DNA of 64,000 nucleotides from Takakia lepidozioides (taxonomy: Eukaryota; Plantae; Bryophyta): contig CM060731.1 in assembly GCA_030704615.1 (NCBI GenBank), forward strand, positions 80,290,001 to 80,354,000, read 5' to 3'. A model generated the notes under the pieces. The model was not told the DNA's origin. It did not search any database and saw only the letters and a list, made by a program, of their open reading frames with translations. Numbering within the stretch: position 1 is the first letter of the stretch; each line of letters begins with the position of its first letter. This document shows positions 11,511-22,731 of this stretch, one piece after another. A program made the position numbers and the translations under genes.

Positions 11511-11939
11511 AAGTAACAGCAGAAATTTGCGGGAGATGTAATAGGTGGTCCACGCCCCCCTCTACTAGAACCTGCTCTCCAGCTCTCCAATATCTCCTAT
11601 AATGGAGGTTTGGATGTTATTAAATGCAATGGAGCATATAAGAGTGAGGCTATGGTGGGGATAATACCTGCAAGAGCAGCTTGGATAAGTCAAATAGATT
11701 CAGATGTGTCAGTTTGCATTGCAAATAGACGAGGCATCCATGTGACTAATTATAGTTTGTCAAAAAATATTTTGGTGCAAGATTGATAAACTATTATGTA
11801 GGTTAACTTCTATCTAATGTCTACTTGTATATATGTCAGATGAAGTTTGAAAATGTAGTTATTCAGATGTCATGTCACTTTGTTGTGTTTGTGCTCAAGT
11901 TGTTTTGAGACTCTTATTTAATTTTGGAGCGTCCATTAC

Positions 11940-12657
11940 ATCTCATTAGATCTAATGGAGCATAAATCTTAGCAAAGTGGGATGGATGATTGGTCAACTA
12001 AAACAAGTATTTGATTTGGGCGACTTAGTTTATAGGTTAGGAGCTTTGAATAGGATTGTAAAGCATGAGTATAGTTCAGATGGGTCAGAATACAAATGTG
12101 TACCCTCCAAACAAGAACATGTGTGGACATTGTTGCATAAAAAACACGCCACAATATTGGAGAAAGCCGTAGATTTTCGAGATTATCGAGCTATCTCTAT
12201 TGATGTAGCATTCATCGATTTTTTAGAATGAAGACTAGAAGATGCCCAGAATCTATGTACGGTATTTGGGAATGCAACCGAAAAAAAATAAAAAATGTTT
12301 GAAAGGGTGGTGGTCAAAACCTTGGTTGCATAACACATAGATTGAAGAGAACAAACCAAAATGATATGAAATTGGTTTGAAGGGCTGTGAGACTAATTTG
12401 GAGGTATCGAGAATACTGATTTGGAGATCATTTTATGATACTAATTGGTGATTCGTGAGGAAGGTTCCATGGATGACAACATGTTGGATGGTTCAGAGGT
12501 TGACATTCAAGCTGTCGAGAGTGAAATTCGGCATGAATTAGATGTTCTGCTTAATGAGCAACGAGGTGGAGGCCGGATCATTGATATTTTACCTAATGTT
12601 GAATTCGATGATCGACTTATTTTCAAATCAAAGATCGATAAATCAATTGAATGGTAA
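11940..12657 (+). pseudogene. Degenerate transposase C-terminal fragment (P-element-like)
   Basis: ...SKVGWMIGQLKQVFDLGDLVYRLGALNRI... resembles the segment after the last catalytic Glu in P-like transposases, followed by an acidic tail. Many stops and frameshifts. Confidence 0.35.
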
Positions 12658-13479
12658 TCTGTCTTTGTCAAAAAATAGGTTTACGCAAGTCAAAGTTGAG
12701 GTGTTTTGCTCATGATCAACTGTCAATCATTAATACGTTACTCATTGCCAATTATGTTATATTAGCTTCAATTTGGTTCTTACCTTTTATCTAAGACCCG
12801 ACTCCTTGATATTTTTCAGCGTTCTAAGGTGATGTCTTAGTGGATAGAAATCACAGATCAGCACTTGTTTTGAAGCAACAAGGTGATCTGGGGCTGTTAG
12901 ATCCAGCTGATAATTGCCTTGCTTGATAAGTGGATTCTTTGGGCTTTGTCTATGATGGCGGGCCGAGGGAAGGTGTTTCTTTGATATTACATCCAGTTGG
13001 CCACTTTGGCTCCCGCGGCTTTGCAAGCTTCTTACATAAGATGGGCTAACAATGGGACATCCAAACCATGTCTGCATTTAGTTTAAAAAGCTCTGGGTCA
13101 ATTACAAAGGTTAATTTTTCTTGATTAGAGGGTATTTCTTTATCTTCTCTCTTTCCACGGTGAATCCTATAAATCCTTAGTTCGGGAATTTCCCAAGCAA
13201 AAAGCCCAACTACGTGGCCACCATCGCTCCATGACATGGGATCTTGAATGATATCAAATATTGTGTGGATTCTTGGGTTGTCTTGCAACACAAACCATCG
13301 ATTTTGGTTCAATCGATCTAAGCTTGAAGTGCACTAGGTTTAGTTGCTACTTGATAAGTGGATCAGATTTGTATTTTCCATTTTCAACATATTCTCCTTC
13401 AATTTTTATTAATTCGGACATTGTGAGCTTGGAATTTCTCGAATATTTCAGACAAAATGGTTCAATTTTCTCCATATTT

Positions 13480-13532
13480 CTGGACAGCTCCATTTTTAAT
13501 TAATTATGTGCGAAACCGACCCACATGTAGGG
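13480..13532 (-). mobile_element. Isolated pogo/Tc1-type element terminus
   Basis: CGAAACCGACCCACATGTAGGG|TA is similar to the terminus CGAAACCGACCTGCGCGTACGG|TA at 19758-19779. Both are preceded by TTAATTAAT-like sequence. Confidence 0.5.
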
Positions 13533-16500
13533 TAAAAGAAAGACAGTCAATGTCGTGCGGATACATATTGTTACACGACTACATTCACAACACGTAAATA
13601 GTAGCCATAAAAATCTGCCATAATTTATGAATGATTTATCAGTCAACTAGGGAAATGCGTCTCCTTCCACACGTGTCATGGAAAATAAGCCTCTTCCACA
13701 TGCCAAAATAAAAATTTGTATATCACTCAACAGTCTGAGTTCAAGTGTCAAATGTCATTAAACAAGATAATTTCACACTAATACTTAAATAACTTGATAC
13801 AGAGATGGACCATAAACACCAAACAAAAATACAATGGAACATGTATAAGCTACGGTAGTGTCCCCATGTTATCATCAAAGCTCAATTTATGTGCAAAAGG
13901 AGATAATCACCAATATCAGAAAGAGGCAGCTTGTCACTGTAGTTGCACATCATTTCCTTGTAGATTGTCCATAGTAGAATGTTGGTGTTGTTTGTCATAT
14001 ATCGCCTTGCTATGCCAACATAATCCTTCATGCACTTGTAAGTCTCAGAATCTCTAGACATATACACAAACAATATTAGAAACTTTTCCAAAACCTTGAG
14101 CAATACACATTCCAGGCTATTTTCTCAAAAGCATAGTAGAAATGGACACAAACTTGCAAACTGAATGAATATCAATTTGTCACATGTGATACTTTGTCCA
14201 TTAAAAATAAAATAAAAAATATCAGTAATCGTGCATTCTAAAGTAATTGATGCGATATTAATGAATTGAATCAATCAATTTATATGTCAAAAAATTGTCA
14301 GTAGTGATAGCTAGCTGCCATTGTAATGGCCATGGTTTCTCCCTCGAGCATGCATATCATTTTCCACATCCTCTCGTATGCATATTCATCGTGTTGCAAT
14401 GTCATATAAGCGTGGAATTTTGCGTATTGCAAATTTACTGTCTTACGAACGTGGCGTTGTACAAGCCATTTGCAAGGATGTACTTGAGGCTAGAAGGGTT
14501 TTCTATCCTAATACATTTTTGGTGTGGTTTGAGATCTTTGCACAAATATCAAAGCTAGGATCTGAATCGAGAGGCTCTGATCATAGTGATGACAAATATA
14601 TTAACAAATTCTTTAATTCGATAGGGTATTATGCTTATTTGATTGATGAAGGGTGAGTTTGCATGTATTCTATATGTTGCAGTATTCCATTAAAGGTTGC
14701 GGCAAATGTGTAATGGCATGGATGACACACTATAGTGCAAAGAATGGGCTCTCATTTGCAAGTTGATACATTACTGTGGATTTGTAGCTTAATGTACTAA
14801 AAACAAGATGGGGTTGTTTCAGTCCTTATCAAAGTAGACACTTGTCCACCTCCACTCTTCTTAATTTGAATGATACCATGATGAATTATGTAGACATAAC
14901 CAGTTTTTTGAAACATCTCAATTTACATTTCCTCTAACAATTCACATACCTATTAGGCAAGCCACCATCCCATTGGACACATAAATTCAATAAATTCTTT
15001 GCCCATGGATGTAAAGCAATCAAAATTGGATGATTATACTATTTTCGATCAATCCGGTCAATCTCGAAATTTCAAAAAATCGATATGTCCAGTAACTGAT
15101 GGTTTCTGTTAGTCACCTAGTTCATAAACCTTCCTCATTTATGGATTTTGACATAATCATATAATTTTGAGGGCAATTTTTCCTTAGAGAAGTTTCGCAT
15201 TTCTATAGACTCTCTAATTTTACATGTTCCAAAAGCTAACACATAATATAGAGGTCTTCATGTTCCTTATGCTCTAAAAACTTATCATTTTTGTCAAAAT
15301 ATTGCATTTAGTTTTTATTCCTCTATTATTCTTTGGAGAGATTGGTACTTGCAGCCTCAACCTTTATACCCAAAAAATTGTTGGCAATTGCTAATTGACC
15401 AACCATTTGTATTTCCCAAGGGCGTGGAAGTTTAAATATCCATGATATCCTCATCTTCAAACAACTCCTCCATGTCTTGTTGTTCATCAGTATCTTCACA
15501 ACCGTCCTCCAATCTGGAAAACAGGGAAGCATGTGCATTTGATTCCATAGCCTCCGCTTGAAAACCTTTATCAAATGTCATCACCAACCCACACTTGCCC
15601 CACCCTTTCACAATCATCTCTGTCTGACATCCCACGACTTTCCAAGTATGCAGAAGCCAAGTACACAACTTCTCACGTAGTGTACTTATTCTGAGATCAA
15701 GCTGAACATTTAAGACACCATTCTCAATTTGATGTTGAATTGATGCTGCCGACCATTGCTTAAATTGTGTTGTGAAACCACATTTCAAAGGTCGTTGAAG
15801 AATGACATCTGTAGGTTGGAGCTTTGATGTGCAATTTGCTGGAATAAATAACACATACATATATGAGAACTCCTTCTTCATCCATGCAAGAAATGCCTTT
15901 GATTATGGACGGACCAGCAATCTATAAGCCAAATCATCTTCTGGCTCTTTGTCACTCTCATTTTATCCACCACGTCTTTGAAATATAGAAGCAGAATATG
16001 AAGGACAAATTGTTTACATGTTTTAATGTTGGACCAAAGGTTTTCAATCATTGTGAAATGAAACCCATAATCCAAATAAATTCTTGCAGTTGGGATTTTT
16101 GGTAAACATCGATCTGTTTTACCAGTGAAGATGATTTGCAATGGTAGTAAGTTACCAACAGCCGATGATGATACACAACATGTCACCTGACACTTGTCAT
16201 CTACTTCAAGGACTTTGATATCCTTTGAGCTCTTCCTCTCCCAAATGCGCTCCCTAGCCATGGGAACAAGATGAATACCTACAAAAGAAGGAAAAAAATA
16301 AAAAAATTCAATAGACATTAGAAATTTTAAATCACACATGTAGCTACTTCGCTGATTGATCATTACCTTTGACAATCATGATCAAATATATGACACATAA
16401 AATCAGTAAGACAGCGGGAGAATGAAACCACATTATGAACTATAAAACAAGCTAAATTGACAGGCACGCGCTTGGTCACGTTGACTTGGATTCAGGGATG

Positions 16501-16811
16501 TATTCTGTGCGCAAAATACAACACTCAGGTTCAGTGCACGGAACGATATTCAATGCGAGCATTTCACGGCAGGTGGTACCTCCGCCATTACTGCCGCGGT
16601 TTCCTTGTGCAGCAAAAAAACAGACAGCTGAGACAGTGAATCTTCCCTCATCTCTAAGCCACCGCCATCGCCTTAAAGAGCCCGCCCAGGCGGCGCTCAC
16701 AGGAGCCATAAACACTCAAGGATTGGCAGCTCAAGGTATTTGCAGCACGAGCACCATCGCTCCTCACAAGCCGCCATCGCGCGCGTTGTCGCAGCGCAAA
16801 AAGAAAGACAT

Positions 16812-17781
16812 TAGGGTTGCGCAGGGTTTTCCCCTGTCTGGCCCGTCATTCATCCTACTCAGGATGAAAAACATCCGCCAGTCTGTCCGCCCGACGGACG
16901 TTGTCCGTTTTTCATTCGTGGAAGATGAAAGACATCGTGCTTTCATCCTGTCTTGCACTTAATGGATGTAGTCCGTATTTCATCTAGGTTAGATGAAAAA
17001 CATGGGGGGTTTTTATACCCGTCTTGCCCTGTATTTAGGTCCTGTCAGATGAAGTCTTTTTTTCATCCAGGTTGGATTGAAAAAACTGACGGGAGTTTTG
17101 CAATCAGTATATTCCGGTTTGATATTCGGATGAAGCAAAAAACTTCACAGGTATTTAATGAAATAATGTTCACTAGGAAAAACATGTATTTTGGATGAAA
17201 AACATCCCCCACATCCCCCCCCCCCCAACATTTTTTTTTTTTCTTTGGCCCCCTCTCTCCCTCTGTCTCCCTCCTCGGAATTGGCTGGTTGCATCAGTGT
17301 TCTTTTCATGTTTTTCCATCTATACCAAATGGACTCTAAACAGTGTTTTCACCCGCCCTATAAAGTTTTTCTGTCCATACCGGAAGAATTACTTGGGTGG
17401 ACACTAAAATACCTCTAAAAAAGGCCTATAATTTTTCATTCCTCTTTTATTGACTTTCATCTATACCAGATGAGTCACTAGAGAATGAAGAATTACCCCT
17501 GTAGGGGTTGTGACACTGGTATCCTAATATCTATAAATTTTCCATCCATGCCGGATGAAAAATACCAGGCAATGAATTCGTTTTATTCCTCCTTTATGCC
17601 TTTTTTTTCGTACTGGATGAGACTTTTTAGGGGATGATGAATTACCTGTTAGGATGAGAAACCGCTGCCTTGGATGATGTGTACTGCTTGATCATCCTGC
17701 TGATGGACCTTCTCCAAATAAATGAACCTATTTACTTTTTTCATCTGAACCGGATGAAAAAAACAGCTAATGATGGCCCTA
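16812..17781. repeat. ~1-kb insertion rich in (G/A)GATGAAA / TTTCATC(C/T) motifs inside a pogo transposase intron
   Basis: About 18-20 motif copies in both orientations, bounded by TAGGG...CCCTA (hAT-like). No 8-bp TSD is recognisable. Confidence 0.6.
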
Positions 17782-19234
17782 GAGAATTGTTTGATTACCC
17801 TTAATTATTAATTAAGAAGTAGGGTTCAATGCATGGGTGGGGGATGTTTCCTGCCCACCATACCCTCATGTTCTGTTGGCGTGCTGGGTTCAGTGTAGGG
17901 TGGGGATGTTCTTACCCAATAACTCAGGTGCATGAGTAGTAATAAAACCCAAAATTATTGGTTGGCAAATCCCAGCATTTAAAGATTGCCCTGCATCTCT
18001 CATTTTCATAAGCAACTCACACAATTCTTTCACCACATCAGGTCTAGATGCAAGAGGTCCATGATTTTGAGTTGAGGGTGTGAATTGACTGTGTCTTCCA
18101 ACACGAGGAAAATACTTAGGCTTCAAGTGCCTTTCAGAAGTGAACCACGTGTACAAAGAGTTGCGACTGAGTCTGTCAAAGGGGCTTGAACTTGTCCCAT
18201 GCACCCTACAAAATAAAATTGAATCAAGTGACACATGTGAGCACTGAGACCTTTCTACATTGTGCAAGTATAATTCCGCAATCAAATTTAACTAGATTCA
18301 ATTTAATGTAGGCTTCAATCACCAAAAAGAGGTCAGCCACCAGAGCCACTGAAAGTCTTACCATAACACCAAGAAAAGCCAGAGAGAAGTCCCAATATTC
18401 ACTATGGACAAACTATCCATTATGTGGCCCAGACCTATAACACTCACTGATTTCAAGGAAGACACCATATGGGCTGCATTACCTCGCAGTCCCTTTCAAA
18501 CAAGTGCATGTTCATGCAATATAAAACTCAGCCTTGTGTGTACTAGACAACCCTCATTGGAATTGCTGCAAACCCTAATTCATGCATAAAGCAACTATGC
18601 TACTGAATTCACAGACTTACTATATCAAAGGTGACTCCCAATGAGCTGAGTGCATGCTCATTACCTAAATAAGACTAGCTAGCTTCATTTTCACTGACTC
18701 TCTTTCCTAATTACCTATATCTATGACCACAAAGCTATGGAAAATAATGTCTCAGCAATACATTTTCTTTGAAATAATACTAAAAAAATAACCACAATGA
18801 AGAGAGTACCTAATGAGAGTTAGGTACCTGTGAGTCAATTTCAAATAGTGTAAGGCAACGGACAAACGTCGATGCTGCTTCACCGCAGCCTCAATTAGAG
18901 GCCAAGTATCCTCCGTGAACCAATTCACATATGATCCTTTTTTTTTCTTATCAGATCTTTTACATGTGCGCATTGGTGGTGAACTGCTAGTTGTTGCAAG
19001 AAGTGGTTCTGAAGCGCCATTCAAAACTGTCATTTGAGGCTCTACTTTCCGAGGCCTCCCCACTGATCACTTAGTAGGTGGAAGAGACTTATTTTCAATA
19101 GCCTCCTTCTCAAGTTTCAAAGTGATTTTCCGAAACTCTCCATTGATATCATCATCACTCATACTTTTCAAAAACCTCGTCAAAGATAGTTGATTAGTAG
19201 CCATCATGGCACTCACAAAAAATAAAAGACTTGA

Positions 19235-19507
19235 TTATCTATCTTCACTCTCAATATCCTCTTCATCGGATGTACTACATTCTAGCGTCTCCTTCCCTTT
19301 GTTCCTATTCTCTCTGCAACAGAAGAAAGTTGGAAGAATTCTCTTTGATGTGCACTTGCATTTTCTTGCCCTATCTCGGATTGCATCTACAAGTGATAAA
19401 GCTCGATAAGTTTTCAACACACACTTACAATGCTTGGTGCTAATGTATACGTCAGGATTCCTCTCACGAACGCACTGCAAGCAAGTGCAAGATTGCACAT
19501 AGTCCAT
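19235..19507 (-). CDS. Cys-rich 90-aa ORF inside the pogo element, directly upstream of the transposase
   Basis: MDYVQSCTCLQC...HCKC...KCKC...FFCC...STSDEEDIESEDR. The stop lies ~28 nt before the transposase ATG. Confidence 0.35.
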   Translation of the reverse strand: MDYVQSCTCLQCVRERNPDVYISTKHCKCVLKTYRALSLVDAIRDRARKCKCTSKRILPTFFCCRENRNKGKETLECSTSDEEDIESEDR

Positions 19508-20809
19508 AACAAACCTCACTAGCTTTTGGAAAAAAAACGAGCAACAATGCCACTATCGACATCGACGACGTAGTGGATATGGATGGGAAGGACATGCTTG
19601 GAGTGCGTAAAAGTTCACTGTGTATATGGTGGAGAGTTATGGAGCTTGTGCAATGTCGAAAAATTAGCCATGGCAAGTGCCGAAAACTCTGGAAACTATT
19701 TTCCATGTGTCGAAAGTACCCAGGTCTCAAAAATTAATTAATTCAGCAGCTGGGTGCCGAAACCGACCTGCGCGTACGGTAGTTTGTCAGGTTGTATCAC
19801 CACAAAGATCAAACGTCGATTCTTAAGTACACTATCTTTGTTTTTTCTCCACAACGTACATTGGAGCAGAGAATATCATAGCCTAGTCTGCCTTTTGTAA
19901 ATCTCCCAAATAGACTGAAATACTTGTTCAATTGATGTATCTGACAGTCTAATGGGTCAGCAGAAGTGATTTTTTTTTAATAAAAAAAAAATTACCAGGT
20001 TGTTATGTATTACCATCCCAAATGTTCTATGGGTTTCATGTGAGGGGTTTTTTTTTTTTTTGGGCGATGTAACCACACTTGTCCAATCCCTGCTGATGAG
20101 AAGTGCAAGAACACCAGTGACGTAGAAAAATCAAAGGCTGGAAAACATTCTGACAACCACCACCGTGGCATCAAATTTCATGAGACGAGATTGTTAAGCT
20201 ATTTTTTTATAACCTAGAGCTAATTTTCTTAAATATTAATGGAAAACAATTATAATTTCAGTTGTACATGATGATACTGATTCTCAAATATGCCGGCCTT
20301 CTTGGAGGTTATTTTTTCCTCCCTTTGTACTGTTTTACCTTTTTCCAATAAATCTTCCAGGGCCACTGTCCCCTGTTAGCTATTAAAAATAAAAATCAAA
20401 AAAGCATATCTAGCAGTGTTTGCATTTTGTGGTCTATGAGACATAGATGGTTTGATGTAGAAGATTTGGAGGAAGCGCACCGCAGGGCTTTCAAACTAAA
20501 AATGGGGCAACCATCGGTTCAACTAAACCAACCAGAAAAAAAAACTAAACCATGCATTTATTAGTGAGACAACGGTTATGAACATGAAAGTGGTCATCTG
20601 GCTTTCCAAGTGCGCCATTATTAGACTACTATATCATGATGCAGGCTACCTAAACCAAGTCTCATTGAATCGTGCTCGTTTCATGAGCCACCGTTTAGCT
20701 CTCCGTAGGTAAGTAGAAGTGAGAGAATGTTCAAGTCAAGGGAGAAAATGTGGTGAAAAGAACCCTGTCAAGGCTCCAATTGGTGTGTCGTGCCCCTTCA
20801 AACAACGTA

Positions 20810-21470
20810 CCGTAGTGGGATAGCCGGTTAGGCAGAAATTAATTCGAAAACTAAGTGCCTAATCAAAATATATTATGTTTGACAAGAGTGTCTAATTTAA
20901 AAAAATTATCTTCAAACAGTGTCTATTGCCTAATTTTAAAACAATTCTCTAAAAGTTCCTGTGGTATAAAAATGAATTCAAGTTAATTAAAAAAAAGACA
21001 ACAAAAAATAAAAAAGATATCCATTTAAAATGATATTCATTTGAAGCGTCATCCATGGACTTATTTTTCAGTTTTCATCCATGACAGCGGCTGAGTTTCC
21101 ATTTACAACTCCATCCATGGACTCAGTTTTCATTTCATCCATGGCAGCGGCTGTATATTTATATTTTTGTGTTTTCATTTTGTGATCATTACTTTTAGTT
21201 GCCTAATTTGAAAATATTACACATCCAACAGTGATCCAAGATGCCTAATTTGAAAATGTTTCTGCGACAAACCAGCATGTAGCCCAGTGGTAATGGGCAC
21301 ATACCACGTTGGATGTGGTTGTGGGTTCAAACCACCGTCTGTTATAAGAGGTAAAAAAAATTAAAAAAGAGTTGGACTAAAAAAACAAAAAAGTGCCCTA
21401 ACTGCCAAATGGCCCCAAAAATAATTATTAGGCAGGCAAGTGCTTAGCCGGCTATCCCACAAAGTTACGG
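20810..21470. mobile_element. 661-bp pogo/Tc1-type MITE
   Basis: TIRs CCGTA-GTGGGATAGCCGGTTAGGCA and (reverse complement) CCGTAACTTTGTGGGATAGCCGGCTAAGCA. TA on both sides (20808-9, 21471-2). Internal TGCCTAAT and CATCCATGG repeats. Confidence 0.85.
21274..21368 (+). ncRNA. tRNA-derived (SINE-like or pseudo-tRNA) Pol III cassette
   Basis: A box TAGCCCAGTGG at 21280-21290 and B box GGTTCAAACC at 21324-21333 with tRNA spacing, followed by an A-rich tail. The acceptor stem is not formed. Confidence 0.6.
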
Positions 21471-22731
21471 TATCTAAAAAGGACCAAGGCCGGGTAGTCT
21501 TGCCTCCCCCTTTATGTTTTGCCAAAGCAAGAGAGCCTATTTGGAAGCGAGGCAAAGTTGATTGGAAATGGAAAGTGTTCATTTGGCTTCCCATACAATC
21601 ACCCAACCCTCTTCGTCTTGCTCTTCACTCCTATGTTCAACGTATGGAGGAGCAAGTTTACAGAGGGCAGGCCTGCTGGATTCTCAGCTAAAGCGCCCTT
21701 CTTGAAACTGGGAATCGCTAGTAGTCCTCTCTAGAGCAACGTCGTCCTGGTCCAGCGGAGTTTGGCATAATTATCCACACCAGCCCTGCCGCTTTGCACA
21801 ATGAGGCAAAACATAGATCTTCTATCAACTCCAGCGGCCAAATGATCGGAGCTGAACGAACAATCAACAGAAGAAACCGGATTGCGCCCGAGAAGGAGGC
21901 ATAGCTACCGGTTGCAACGCCTGACGCCAGAAGCTCCATGCAGGTCCGAGATTGTCTCAGACATCACAGCAATTGCGTTCATGTTTATCGCACAAATCCA
22001 CAATAAAGAATGAGGAACCACCGTAGTGTATGGAAGCACAAATGTACTCAAGTTTATGAGATGGATAGTGTGAGGTTCATAGGCAGCAAATATCTTTCAG
22101 CATTTTGGACCCCGCTCAAAATCCTACCAATTGGTTTTGTATACGTCCCGGAAACGAAGTGAGATGAAATTATGAACATATGATGACATTTTGCGGCACG
22201 GGGGATAGTCCCCAAGTTCTTGGGAAACTGGTGTGCTACAATGGCATGGAAGGATTGTGGTTGAGGGGAGTGCTGGTGCTCATGTTGCAGTTCCAGCAGC
22301 GATAAAAGTGAAGGAAGAACTGAGGACAGCTAGTCAAGCAGCTTTGCTGTGAGTTCCGTCGAGCAAGGGATAGTAGATCGTTATGAAAAATTCTCTACAC
22401 TTTTGGCAAAGGTCCGTGGGAGATTGTGAAAAATTTCTCTACGGTCGGTTGAGGGACTGAAATTGAGATTCAAATCATCATCATCCGGATGCCAAGATGT
22501 GTCCGAGTGCCAAGATACGGAATTATAAACCCAGCAACCCTGTGTTTGTTTTTGTGGCCACAGCCTAATAGGATTCTTGAGGTCTTGAAGCCTCGATTTA
22601 TCATTGTTCCTTTCGAAGGCCTAAGGGATAGTCGAGCATTTCCGGACATCTCTCGGTAGCGAATTTGAGTTAGAGATGACCGGCCAGGAATGAGTTGATT
22701 GCACCAGTTCTTGTTGAGATTGAGATCTACA

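Larger units (their letters stand above)
15432..19779 (-). mobile_element. Decayed pogo-superfamily (DDE_1) DNA transposon with an intron-containing transposase
   Basis: ATG at 19207, internal TGA before the AT-hook GRPRK. GT-AG junctions at 18828/18205 and 17916. CENP-B-type HTH region (LMKMRDAGQSLN). DDE_1 motifs GIHLVP, LLPLQIIFTGKT, IDCWSVH and IPANCTSKLQPTD. Frameshift near 15890. Terminus TA|CCGTACG at 19779. The other TIR was not found. Confidence 0.85.

Noticed and set aside
16812-17781. CRISPR-like array
   Set aside because: The motifs are short, irregularly spaced and in both orientations. The context is eukaryotic with no cas genes.
21274-21345. Functional tRNA gene
   Set aside because: A and B boxes are present, but no acceptor stem or clean anticodon arm can be formed.
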